Origin: Gemmata obscuriglobus
Lineage (GTDB): Bacteria > Planctomycetota > Planctomycetia > Gemmatales > Gemmataceae
Reading direction: 5' to 3'
Assembly: GCF_008065095.1 (NCBI RefSeq)
Contig: NZ_CP042911.1
Span: 3,150,001-3,182,000, forward strand
Length of the DNA stretch: 32,000 nt
Shown here piece by piece: positions 15,814 to 24,631 of the stretch. Below the pieces are notes generated by a model. That model did not search any database. It was not told the origin of the DNA and was given only the letters and a program-made list of their open reading frames with translations. A program made the translations under genes and the position numbers. The first letter of the stretch is position 1, and the number at the start of each line of letters is the position of its first letter.

Positions 15814-17313
15814 TTAGAGCGGTGAGTGCGTTAGTGCGGCTTTCAGCACCTGTGCCGCGCGTTCGGGATCGTCGGCGGTGGAAATTGCGGCGCTCACCGC
15901 CACGCGGCGTGCCCCCGCCGCAATCACTTCCGCGATGTTGCGGGCGCCGATGCCGCCAAGTGCGAACGTCGGCAGCGCGGTTTCGGCGGTCGCGGCCCGA
16001 ACGAAATCGAGCCCCGGGAAGCGGTCGAACGCTTTCGTTTTGGAGGGGAACGTCGGGCCGATCCCGATGTAGTCCGCGCCGTCCAGCACCGCCTGACGGA
16101 CCTGTTCGACCGAGTGCGTACTGACCCCGATCAGCGGGTCCGGTCCCAGCACCCGCCGGGCGTCCTTCACGGTGATGTCGTCCTGCCCCAGGTGAACGCC
16201 GTCGGCGTCGCACAACCGGGCAATGTCCGGCCGGTCGTTCACGATGAACAGCACCCCCGCTTCGCGGGTCCAGGCGCGCACGTCGCGGGCCAGGGGTAAC
16301 AGTTCCCGGTCGGGCATCCCCTTCTCCCGGAGTTGGAACACGTCGGCGCCGCCGCGGGCCGCCTCGCGCAGGGTCCAGTCGAGCGAGGCGACGCACTGTG
16401 CCCGCGTCAACAGCACGTACAGCCGCGCGGTCGCGAGCCGCTCGCGACTCCCGGCACCGATCGTAAGTGCGCGTTCGAGCGTGTACGCCCGGTATCGGAG
16501 CGCTTCGAGCGTGCGCCCCAAGTCGGGGCCGAACACCTTGCCGAACTCTTCCAGGCTCCGGAGCGACTCCTGAAGGCGCTTCAGGTTGACCACCGCCACG
16601 TGGGCCGGCGACGCCCGCTCGTACTCGCTCGCGGCGGTGGCCGTGGTGCCGACGTCGCGGAGCGTTTCGCGGGACGCCACTAGCACCCGCGGGGGCAGCT
16701 TTTGCGCCGCGGCGGCCAGCCCGTGGCGCAGCTCTTTCACTTCTTGCGTCAAGAACCGGTCGTCGAGCACGAACCGCGCGTAGTCCTCCAGCACGCGGGC
16801 GGCCTCACGCGCCCGGTTGAAGCTCGCGTCCAGAACCCGGGCCGCGTCCACTTCGGCGGTCGGCTCTGTGATCGCGAAAACCGTCACTTCCGACACGGGT
16901 TCGGCCGCGCGCGATTCGGATTTAATCAGGACCGACTCAAGTCGCTCGGGGGTGAACCCCAGCGCCGCGCAGGACGCGCGGAACGCGTCGCTCGCCCGCA
17001 GGACCGCGATGAGAAAGGCGTCGGTGAGGAACTCGGGGTCGTGCCGGTGGGCGATCGACCACGCGCGCGCCGCGTTGAACAACACCGCCACGTCCGGCGC
17101 GACAGGGGTTTCCCCGGCACGGAGCGCCCCGCGGACGGCGGGAACCGACACGCCGATGTGCTCCAGCAGCACCGCCGGCCGCCCCTCGTCCTCCTCAAGC
17201 AGGGCGAGCACGTAGTGCCCCAGCCGCACCGCGCCGGCCCCCGCCTGTTCGGCCCGGTCGCGCGCCCCGGCGACCGCACGTTCCACACCCGGACTGGTCT
17301 GATGCATAGCCAC
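15814..17313 (-). CDS. thiE: Thiamine-phosphate synthase with long N-terminal extension (Clp_N-like repeats plus a cyanobacterial-type ThiE N-domain), 499 aa
   Basis: C-terminal 210 aa form a typical ThiE TIM barrel: YVLLTRAQC...FQLREKGMPDRELL...LFIVNDRPDIA...GVHLGQDD...IGVSTHSVEQV...ADYIGIGPTFPSKTK...ALGGI. The N-terminus has two Clp_N-like repeats (LGHYVLALLEEDEGRPAVLLEHIGVSVPAVRGAL; FLTDAFLIAVLRASDAFRASCAALGFTPERLESVL). GTG start at 17313, ATG two codons later. Confidence 0.85.
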   Translation of the reverse strand: MAMHQTSPGVERAVAGARDRAEQAGAGAVRLGHYVLALLEEDEGRPAVLLEHIGVSVPAVRGALRAGETPVAPDVAVLFNAARAWSIAHRHDPEFLTDAFLIAVLRASDAFRASCAALGFTPERLESVLIKSESRAAEPVSEVTVFAITEPTAEVDAARVLDASFNRAREAARVLEDYARFVLDDRFLTQEVKELRHGLAAAAQKLPPRVLVASRETLRDVGTTATAASEYERASPAHVAVVNLKRLQESLRSLEEFGKVFGPDLGRTLEALRYRAYTLERALTIGAGSRERLATARLYVLLTRAQCVASLDWTLREAARGGADVFQLREKGMPDRELLPLARDVRAWTREAGVLFIVNDRPDIARLCDADGVHLGQDDITVKDARRVLGPDPLIGVSTHSVEQVRQAVLDGADYIGIGPTFPSKTKAFDRFPGLDFVRAATAETALPTFALGGIGARNIAEVIAAGARRVAVSAAISTADDPERAAQVLKAALTHSPL

Positions 17314-17490
17314 GTTACCCCCCGCAACACTGTCATTGTACTGCCACAGCCGATACAGCCGGAACGACCGGTAGGTTCTTGTCGGGAGGTTCTCTCCGGC
17401 GCGCCCGGTAACATCCAGACCGCCCGGAACGCGGACGATGAAAATGCGGGACGAACGGACTCGTCACCCCGGTGTCAAGGGACGGCAACG

Positions 17491-18864
17491 ATGAACGGAC
17501 TGGTGCGCACACACACTCTCGCCGTCCGGCTGGCGGCCGGGTTCCTTCCGCTGACCGTCATGCTCGGGGCGGCGAGCGCGCGACAGCCGGTGCTGCCGAC
17601 CGTTCCGCAGCCGGTGCCGGCCCCGCGCGGGCACGCGGTGCTGGCCCAGGTACCGCTCCCGGCGCCCGTTCCCGTCGAGGCGGCCCGGGGCGAGGCCGGC
17701 CCGGAGCTGTCGCTGGGCGAGTGCGTCTCGATCGCCCTGGCCCGGCAGCCGTCGCTGCGGGCGGTGCTGGAGAGCACGGCCGCGGTGGAAATCGGGTACA
17801 AGTCGCTCAGCAACTTCGGCACCGCGGCCACGCTCTTCAGCCCTGATGTGGATGTCCGCAAGCAGCAGGCCAAGCGCGGGCTGATGGCCACCTCGGCCGA
17901 GTACCAGAAGCTGCACAACGAGATCGTGCAGGACGTGACCCGGATGTACTACACCGCGGTGTACGCCAAGCAGCAGCAGGAGCTGGCCAACCGCGTGGTG
18001 CTGCGGCTGGACAACCTGATCGAGATCGGCCGCGAGTACCTCAAAACCGCGCCCGCGGCGGAGCTGAAGGAGTCCGGGTTCAACACGCTGAGCCTGCAAA
18101 TGATGGAGAACGGGTTGTACGAGGCCCGGAAGCTCCAGGTGGACGCCCGGATCGGCCGCGAGCGGGCGCTGGCGGGGCTGCGCGAGCTGATGGCCGTGGA
18201 CGCCCGCACGTTCCCGTTCCGGATCAAGGACCAGGCGCTGCCGGTGATGGTCCAGGAGGTCCCGCTGAGCATGGACCGGGTGGTGGAACTGGCGCTGGAG
18301 CGGCGGCCCGAACTGGTGCTCGCCGCCGCGGGGGTGGACGCCTTCCGGCTCGAAGTGTACGCGCAGGGCAAGATCCCCTTCAAGCGGGCCACGCGGACGT
18401 TCGTCTCGGGCGCGGACATCCACGCCAAGGAGATCCCCGCGACGAACCGCGGCGCCGACTACCGGCCCGGCGGGATCATCCCGGAAATGCCCCCGCAGCT
18501 CGTGGGCAGCAAGTTCGACCGGGTGTGTAAAGCGATGGCGTTCGCGCAGCGGGCCGAAGCGGTCTACGACAAGGCCCGCAACGTGATCATGCTCGAGGCG
18601 GAATCGGCGTACCTCGATTTCGACCAGGCGGCCCGGCGGCTGGAGATCTCGACCGAACAGTTCGCGCTGAGCAAGCGGATGCAGGAGCAGGCCCGGGCGG
18701 TGGCCGAGTTCACCAAAGCGAAGGACCGGCTCGTGCTGGCCGAGATGGACGCGTCGCGGGCACAGTCCGCCTACTTCGAGTCGGTCCACCGGTACCTGCT
18801 CGCGCTCGCGGCCCTGGAGCGGGTCACCGCGGGCGGCATCTGGCCCAAGTTCCCGGACCGGTAG
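17491..18864 (+). CDS. TolC-family outer membrane efflux protein, 458 aa
   Basis: Start is at MNGLVRTHTLAVRLAAGFLPLTVMLGAASA (signal peptide). LSLGECVSIALARQPSLRAVLES is a typical OEP repeat start. Coiled-coil-rich remainder. The track's ORF from 16702 is an off-frame upstream extension overlapping thiE. Confidence 0.82.
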   Translation: MNGLVRTHTLAVRLAAGFLPLTVMLGAASARQPVLPTVPQPVPAPRGHAVLAQVPLPAPVPVEAARGEAGPELSLGECVSIALARQPSLRAVLESTAAVEIGYKSLSNFGTAATLFSPDVDVRKQQAKRGLMATSAEYQKLHNEIVQDVTRMYYTAVYAKQQQELANRVVLRLDNLIEIGREYLKTAPAAELKESGFNTLSLQMMENGLYEARKLQVDARIGRERALAGLRELMAVDARTFPFRIKDQALPVMVQEVPLSMDRVVELALERRPELVLAAAGVDAFRLEVYAQGKIPFKRATRTFVSGADIHAKEIPATNRGADYRPGGIIPEMPPQLVGSKFDRVCKAMAFAQRAEAVYDKARNVIMLEAESAYLDFDQAARRLEISTEQFALSKRMQEQARAVAEFTKAKDRLVLAEMDASRAQSAYFESVHRYLLALAALERVTAGGIWPKFPDR

Positions 18865-19007
18865 GCGCGGGCGGCGCCGTTCTGAGTTTCCAGTTCCGGG
18901 CCCCAGGTTCGCGACCGGGCCGGTCGGCCGTGTCGGGCGGTTCGATCGCCCTTCGTTCGGGATTTCAACCTGGGATCTGAGGGGTTCCGAAGAAAAAGGG
19001 GTGCGCT

Positions 19008-19895
19008 GTGGGTCGCGTGTACGCTGTCATCGTGTGCTGTTTGCTGCCGGTCGCGGTAGCGGTCGTGCCGTCGGCCCCGTGGGCGGCGGCGGCCGAGCCG
19101 GTCGCGCCGGCGCGGATCGGGCTCCCCGCGAACATGTTCAGCGGGCTGCCCGCCCCCGTCGTTCAGCGGGCCTCGCGGCCGTTCCAGAACATGCTGGAGA
19201 AGCAGGCCGGGCTCAAGGGCGAGGTCACGGTCGGAAAGGACTACGTCGAAATCGCCGAGATGCTCCGCGGCGGTAAACTGGAACTCGCCGTGTTCCACGG
19301 GTTCGAGTTCGCCTGGGTCAAGCAGCACCCCGAGCTGGTGCCCCTTGTGGTGACCGTGCCGACGAACAAGCTCCAGGCGTGCCTGGTGGTGAACGTGAAC
19401 TCGAAGGCGGACGGACCGCACGCCCTCAAGGGCGAGAGCGTGGCGATCCCCAGCGGGACCAAGGCGCACTGCCAACTGTACTACGACCGCCTCAAGGGCG
19501 CGGCGCCGGCCGGGTGCTGCGAGGTGGCGAAGGTGAAGGGCCGCACGGTCGAGGACGCGCTCGACGCCGTGTCCGACGACGAGTGCCCGGCGGCGCTGGT
19601 GGACGCCGGGGCCCTGGTCGCGTACCAGAAGCTGAAGCCCGGGGCCGGCCAGCAACTGAAGGTGCTCGCCCAGTCTGAGCCGTTCCCGCCCGGGGTGCTC
19701 GTGTACCGCAAGGGGGCGCTGACCGAGGAGGCCGCCAAGCAGGTCCGCGACGGGCTGGTCAAGTGCGTGAACACCGACGAGGGGCAACTGCTCACCAGCC
19801 TCTGGCGGCTGAAGGGCTTCGAGGCGGCCACTCAGGCGTACCAGTTGGACCTGGACAAGTGCCTGAAGGTCTACCCGGCGCCCAAGCAAAAATAA
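19008..19895 (+). CDS. PhnD/SsuA-like periplasmic substrate-binding protein, 295 aa
   Basis: GTG start is preceded by AAAAAGGGG. Signal peptide MGRVYAVIVCCLLPVAVAVVPSAPWAAA. The segment GGKLELAVFHGFEFAWV...LKGESVAIPSGTKAHCQLYY resembles the phosphonate-binding fold pattern. The family call is from motif resemblance only. Confidence 0.7.
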   Translation: MGRVYAVIVCCLLPVAVAVVPSAPWAAAAEPVAPARIGLPANMFSGLPAPVVQRASRPFQNMLEKQAGLKGEVTVGKDYVEIAEMLRGGKLELAVFHGFEFAWVKQHPELVPLVVTVPTNKLQACLVVNVNSKADGPHALKGESVAIPSGTKAHCQLYYDRLKGAAPAGCCEVAKVKGRTVEDALDAVSDDECPAALVDAGALVAYQKLKPGAGQQLKVLAQSEPFPPGVLVYRKGALTEEAAKQVRDGLVKCVNTDEGQLLTSLWRLKGFEAATQAYQLDLDKCLKVYPAPKQK

Positions 19896-19963
19896 CCCCG
19901 GCGCCCCGCAACCGCACGAACCCGCGCCCGCCGCACACCCCTCAAACGCGCACCCGCCCGACC

Positions 19964-19987
19964 CACCCCCCGCACCCGCGGGGGGTG
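19964..19987 (+). terminator. GC hairpin (10-bp stem CACCCCCCGC/GCGGGGGGTG, 4-nt loop) downstream of the binding-protein gene
   Basis: Exact complementarity between 19964-19973 and 19978-19987. It is followed by TT and a second small hairpin (CGCG CTTC CGCG). Confidence 0.4.
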
Positions 19988-20045
19988 TTCGCGCTTCCGC
20001 GGGAGCTTCCAACCTTTAAGTTGGTAGTGCGGGCGGTATAGTGAT

Positions 20046-20075
20046 GTTGAAGTGATCGAATGTACAGTTGAAGTG
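20046..20075 (+). repeat. Direct repeat GTTGAAGTG x2 spaced 21 bp apart, in the AT-rich leader of the topoisomerase genes
   Basis: Copies at 20046-20054 and 20067-20075, 47-76 nt upstream of the start at 20122. A TATAGT hexamer lies at 20037-20042. Confidence 0.5.
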
Positions 20076-20121
20076 CCCGGAACAATAGGATGCGCGGGCC
20101 GCACCCTGGTGAGACGCTGTC

Positions 20122-22461
20122 ATGGCCGAGACGATCGAGACCGTCACAATCGCGGACGAGGTGCGCACGCGGTTCCTGACCTACGCCATGTCGGTGGTGA
20201 AGGGCCGCGCCCTACCGGACGTGCGCGACGGGCTCAAGCCCGTGCAGCGGCGCATCTTGTACGCCATGTTCCAGGACCTGAAGCTGACGGTGGACAAGAA
20301 GGCGCTGAAGTGCGCCAAGATCGTCGGCGAGGTGATGGGCAACTACCACCCGCACGGTGACAGCGCGCTGTACGAGGCGCTCGTGCGCATGTCGCAGAAC
20401 TGGGTGCTCCGCGTGCCGCTGGTGTACGGGCAGGGGAACTTCGGCTCGGTCGACGGCGACCCGCCCGCGGCGTACCGGTACACGGAAGCGAAGCTGACCC
20501 GGCAGGCGGAACTGCTGCTCGACGAGCTGGGCCAGGACACCGTCGACTCGGTGGCGAGTTACGACGGCACCCGCCACGAGCCGGCGGTGCTCCCGGCGCA
20601 GTTCCCGAACCTGCTGGTGAACGGCACCGCGGGCATCGCGGTCGGCATGGCGACGCAGATCCCGCCACACAACCTCGGCGAGGTGCTCAAGGCCTGCACG
20701 CTGCTGATCGACAACCCCGACGCGACGGTTGCGAACCTGCTCGACAAGATCAAGGGGCCGGACTTCCCGCTCGGCGGCAAGATCCTCGCGGACCGCGCGG
20801 CGCTGCGCAAGATTTACGAGGAGGGCGTCGGCTCGATCAAGGTCCAGGCGGAGTGGAAAGAGGAGAAGATCGACCGCGGGGTGCAGATCGTCGTCACCTC
20901 GATCCCGTATGGGGTGAACAAGGGCGACCTCGAAAACACCATCGGCTCGATCATCGACCAGCGGAAGCTCCCGCAACTGACCGGCCAGTCGAACGAGTCG
21001 AACGAGAAGGACGGGCTGCGCCTGGTGCTGGAGATCAAAAACGGCACCGACCCGAACCTGGTCATGGCGTACCTGTACAAACACACCGAGTTGCAGAAGA
21101 CGTACTCGTACAACATGACCGCGCTCGTCCCTGCCGAGGACGGGAAGGGGATGAAACCGCGGGACAGGCTAAGTCTGTGGGACCTGCTTACTGAGTTTCT
21201 CAAGTTCCGGCTCGCAACGGTCCGCCGGCGGTTCGAGTACCAGTTGCGCCAGTTGCGCCGTCGGATTCACATCCTGGAAGGGTTCCAGATCATCTTCAAC
21301 GCGCTGGACCGCGCCATCAAGATGATCCGCGAGAGCAGCGGTAAGCCCGACGCCGCCGAGAAGCTGAAGGCCGCGTTCAAGCTCGACGACGAGCAGGTGG
21401 GAGCGATCCTCGATTCGCAGCTCTACAAGATCGCGCAGCTCGAGATCCAGAAGATCATTGACGAGCTGACGGAGAAGAAGAAGCAGGCGAAGGAGATCGA
21501 AACCATCCTCGCCTCGGAGAAGAAGCTCTGGGGCGTCATCAAGAGCGAACTGGAGGCGCTGATCGAGAAGTTCCCCGAGCGCCGCAAAACCCGCATGGCC
21601 TCCGACGAGGACGTGCTGGAGTTCAACGAGGAGGCGTACATCGCCCGCGAGAACACGAACGTGGTTCTCACGAAGAACGGGCGGATCAAGCGGGTCGGCC
21701 GGCTGGCGTCGGTGGAAACGACCCGCGTCGAAGAGGGCGACGCGGTCGCGGCGGTGGTCCCCGGGAGCACGCTCGACCACGTCTCGTTTTTCGCGGACGA
21801 CGGCGCGGCGTACACGATGCGGATCAACGAGGTCCCGGCCACCGCCGGGTACGGCGAGCCGATCACCAAGTTCTTCAAACTCGCGGACGGCGCGAAGGTG
21901 GTTGCGGCGGTGACCACCGACCCGCGGTTCACGCCCGCGGACCTGCCCGCGAAGGGCGACACGCCCGGCGGCCCGTTCCTGGTCGTGGCCACGCGCAACG
22001 GGTTCGTGCTGCGCCTGCCGCTGACCGCGTTCCGGTCCGAGTCCACGAAAGTCGGCCGGCGGTTCGTGAAGCTGGAGGAGGGCGATAAAGTGGTGATGGT
22101 GCGGCTCGCGGGCGCCGAGGAGGGCGTGATGCTCGCGACCTCCGGCGGGTACGTCACCCACTTCCCGCTGGACCAGGTGTCGATCCTGTCCGGGGCCGGG
22201 AAGGGCGTCATCGGCATCGAACTCGAATCGAAGGACGACTGCCTCGGCGGGGTGCTGGTGGGCGGGCGGTTCGACAAGCTCGTGGTGGAAACCGAGAACG
22301 GGAAGACCCAGGACTTCGGTCCCGGCGCGGTCAAGACCCGCAAGCGCGGCGCGAAGGGCGAGAAGCCCGGCGCGCGGACCAAGTTCGCGCGGGTGGTCCC
22401 GCCGGAGATCCAACTCGCCGACTGGGACGCGGTCGAGGGCAAGAAGAAGGACGCCGACTAG
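20122..22461 (+). CDS. DNA gyrase/topoisomerase IV subunit A (ParC-like, no GyrA box), 779 aa
   Basis: Motifs present: LTYAMSVVKGRALPDVRDGLKPVQRRILYAM, GNYHPHGDSALYEALVRMSQ, GQGNFGSVDGDPPAAYRYTEAKL (catalytic Tyr). The C-terminal beta-pinwheel lacks a QRRGGKG-type GyrA box at the expected position (IKRVGRLASVETTRVEEGD). It resembles ParC (YGEPITKFFKL). Confidence 0.93.
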   Translation: MAETIETVTIADEVRTRFLTYAMSVVKGRALPDVRDGLKPVQRRILYAMFQDLKLTVDKKALKCAKIVGEVMGNYHPHGDSALYEALVRMSQNWVLRVPLVYGQGNFGSVDGDPPAAYRYTEAKLTRQAELLLDELGQDTVDSVASYDGTRHEPAVLPAQFPNLLVNGTAGIAVGMATQIPPHNLGEVLKACTLLIDNPDATVANLLDKIKGPDFPLGGKILADRAALRKIYEEGVGSIKVQAEWKEEKIDRGVQIVVTSIPYGVNKGDLENTIGSIIDQRKLPQLTGQSNESNEKDGLRLVLEIKNGTDPNLVMAYLYKHTELQKTYSYNMTALVPAEDGKGMKPRDRLSLWDLLTEFLKFRLATVRRRFEYQLRQLRRRIHILEGFQIIFNALDRAIKMIRESSGKPDAAEKLKAAFKLDDEQVGAILDSQLYKIAQLEIQKIIDELTEKKKQAKEIETILASEKKLWGVIKSELEALIEKFPERRKTRMASDEDVLEFNEEAYIARENTNVVLTKNGRIKRVGRLASVETTRVEEGDAVAAVVPGSTLDHVSFFADDGAAYTMRINEVPATAGYGEPITKFFKLADGAKVVAAVTTDPRFTPADLPAKGDTPGGPFLVVATRNGFVLRLPLTAFRSESTKVGRRFVKLEEGDKVVMVRLAGAEEGVMLATSGGYVTHFPLDQVSILSGAGKGVIGIELESKDDCLGGVLVGGRFDKLVVETENGKTQDFGPGAVKTRKRGAKGEKPGARTKFARVVPPEIQLADWDAVEGKKKDAD

Positions 22462-22641
22462 ACGGCCGCTACCCAACTGACGGTCGCCGACTGGCCGTTC
22501 GCTACCCGTTCGGCGGCGCGAGCGCCGGGCGCTCCGGACCGCCCGAACGATGTGACCGCCGCCGCGTCGCGTGCAGACTTTTCACACGACGTGTTACCAG
22601 TAAACGGTCTCGTACACCCACGACCAAGCATCCGATCAGCT

Positions 22642-24594
22642 ATGAGCGCACTCACCGCCGGCCGCACCGCGGCGTACCGAACCGAAGACATTCAGGTCCT
22701 TGAGGGGCTGGAGCCGGTCCGCAAGCGCCCCGCCATGTACATCGGCGGCGTGGACGCGAAGGGGCTGCACCACCTCGCGTGGGAGATCCTCGACAACGCC
22801 GTGGACGAGTACATCAACGGCTACGCCGACCACATCACCGTGACGCTGCACAAGTCCGGGCAAGCGATCACGATCTTCGACAACGGCCGCGGCATCCCCG
22901 TGGACATGCACCCCAAGCACAAGAAGACCGGGCTCGAACTGGTGCTGACGGTGCTGCACGCGGGCGGCAAGTTCGGCGAGTCCGAGAGCGGCTACATCCA
23001 CTCCGGCGGGTTGCACGGGGTCGGCGCGTCGGTCGTGAACGCGCTCTCGAAGAGGCTCGTGGCGACGGTGCGGCGCGACGGGTTCGAGTACCGGCAGGAG
23101 TACGCGAAGGGGACGCCGCTCGCGAAAATCGAGAAGGTCGGTCCGTTCCGCGGGCACGGGACCGGCATCTACTTCGAGCCCGACGACACGATCTTCAAGA
23201 CCGTCCGGTTCGACCCGGACACGCTCCGCGCCCGGCTGGAGGACACGTCGTTCGTCCACAGCGGGCTGCGGATCACGTTCAAGAACGAGGTGACCGGCGA
23301 GACGCTGGAACTCGCGAACCCGGGCGGGCTGCCCGCGTTCCTGGGGCGCCTGGTGCTGGACGGGCAGAAGCCGCCGGTGACCGAGGCGTCGTTCTCCGCG
23401 GTGCGCGAGACCGGGGACAAGATCGAGGTCGCGCTCCAGTGGACGGAGTCCACCGAGGAGACGTACCGGTCCTATGCGAACGGCATCCGCACCCCCCAGG
23501 GCGGGACGCACGAGAACGGGCTGAAGTCGGCACTGCGCAAGGCCGTGCAGAGCTACATCGACACCCACGACGATGTGAAGAAGCAGAGCAAGGGGCTGAA
23601 GATCACCGCGGACGACATCCGTGAAGGCATCGTCGCGGTGCTGTCGGTGTTCCTCCGCGACCCGATGTTCCAGTCGCAGACCAAGGACCGGCTCACGAAC
23701 ACCGAGATGGAAGGTTCGGTCGATAACTTCGTTCGCCCCGCCCTTGAGGCGTGGCTGAACAACAACAAGACCGCCGCCGACTCGATCGTGGGGCGCATCG
23801 TCATCGCCGCGCGGATGCGCGAGGCGTCGCGGGCCGCGAAGGAGGAGGTGAAGCGGAAGGCACCGGGGAGCAAGCGCCTCAGCCTCCCGGGCAAACTCGC
23901 CGACTGCAAATCGACCGACCGCGACGAGACCGAACTGTTCATCGTGGAAGGCGACTCCGCCGGCGGGTCGGCGAAGCAGGGCCGCAACAACAGCACGCAA
24001 GCCGTACTGCCGCTGCGCGGGAAGATCCTGAACTGCGAAGGGCTCCCCGCCTCGAAGGCGCTGACGAACCAGGAAATCGCCGACCTCGTCACCGCGATCG
24101 GCACCGGGATCGGCGACAAGTTCAACTACGGCGGACTGCGGTACGGCAAAATCATCCTGCTGATGGACGCCGACGCCGACGGCTGCCACATCACGACACT
24201 GATGCTCGCGTTCCTGTTCCGCCACATGCCGGACCTGATCCGGCACGGGCACGTGTACATCGGCCGGCCGCCGCTGTACCGGGTGAACGTCGGGAAGGAC
24301 ATCCACTGGGTTCAGGACGACCAGGGTAAGGAGGAACTGGTCGAGAAACTGACCAAGGCGAACCGCAAGTTCGAGGTGACGCGGTTCAAGGGGCTCGGCG
24401 AAATGGACGCGAAGGACCTCGCCGCGACGACGCTCGACCGGCGGACCCGCACCCTGCTGAAGGTGAGCACCGATGGCGCGGCCCTGGAAACGGACCGGAC
24501 GTTCGCTGATCTGCTCGGCAAGGACGCGAAGCCGCGCTACGACTTCATCATGGCAAAGGCCGATCAGGCCGTGGACGAAGACCTGGACGTGTGA
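22642..24594 (+). CDS. DNA gyrase/topoisomerase IV subunit B (ParE-like length), 650 aa
   Basis: Start is at MSALTAGRTAAYRTEDIQVLEGLEPVRKRPAMYIGG. GHKL ATPase motifs: EILDNAVDE, DNGRGIPVD, GGLHGVGASVVNALS. Toprim motifs: ELFIVEGDSAGGSAKQGR, PLRGKILN, LLMDADADGCHI. The track's start at 22552 adds an unlikely 30-aa extension. Confidence 0.93.
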   Translation: MSALTAGRTAAYRTEDIQVLEGLEPVRKRPAMYIGGVDAKGLHHLAWEILDNAVDEYINGYADHITVTLHKSGQAITIFDNGRGIPVDMHPKHKKTGLELVLTVLHAGGKFGESESGYIHSGGLHGVGASVVNALSKRLVATVRRDGFEYRQEYAKGTPLAKIEKVGPFRGHGTGIYFEPDDTIFKTVRFDPDTLRARLEDTSFVHSGLRITFKNEVTGETLELANPGGLPAFLGRLVLDGQKPPVTEASFSAVRETGDKIEVALQWTESTEETYRSYANGIRTPQGGTHENGLKSALRKAVQSYIDTHDDVKKQSKGLKITADDIREGIVAVLSVFLRDPMFQSQTKDRLTNTEMEGSVDNFVRPALEAWLNNNKTAADSIVGRIVIAARMREASRAAKEEVKRKAPGSKRLSLPGKLADCKSTDRDETELFIVEGDSAGGSAKQGRNNSTQAVLPLRGKILNCEGLPASKALTNQEIADLVTAIGTGIGDKFNYGGLRYGKIILLMDADADGCHITTLMLAFLFRHMPDLIRHGHVYIGRPPLYRVNVGKDIHWVQDDQGKEELVEKLTKANRKFEVTRFKGLGEMDAKDLAATTLDRRTRTLLKVSTDGAALETDRTFADLLGKDAKPRYDFIMAKADQAVDEDLDV

Positions 24595-24598
24595 CCGG

Positions 24599-24622
24599 CG
24601 GGGCGGCCCGGGCGCCGCCCCG
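24599..24622. terminator. GC hairpin (9-bp stem CGGGGCGGC/GCCGCCCCG) between convergent topoisomerase B and SDR genes; candidate bidirectional terminator
   Basis: Arms 24599-24607 and 24614-24622 are exact complements. It lies within the 37-bp gap between stops at 24594 and 24632. Confidence 0.45.
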
Positions 24623-24631
24623 GCCGAGGGC

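Noticed and set aside
17314-17490. Possible TPP riboswitch in the thiE leader (minus strand)
   Set aside because: There are partial resemblances only: GGAGAGAACCUCCC against CUGAGA...ACCC, and GAACCUACCGGUCGUUCCGGC against the ACCUGAUCUGGAUAAUGCCAGCG arm. The near-invariant U of CUGAGA is missing, and I found no AGGG strand to close P4. An Infernal scan with RF00059 would settle it.
17464-20012. 441-aa and 413-aa minus-strand ORFs opposite the TolC-like and PhnD-like genes
   Set aside because: These are antisense artefacts with low-complexity composition. The second one also spans an intergenic terminator region.
21169-24306. 435-aa and 556-aa minus-strand ORFs opposite the topoisomerase A and B genes
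   Set aside because: These are antisense artefacts. The plus-strand proteins carry all canonical type IIA topoisomerase motifs.
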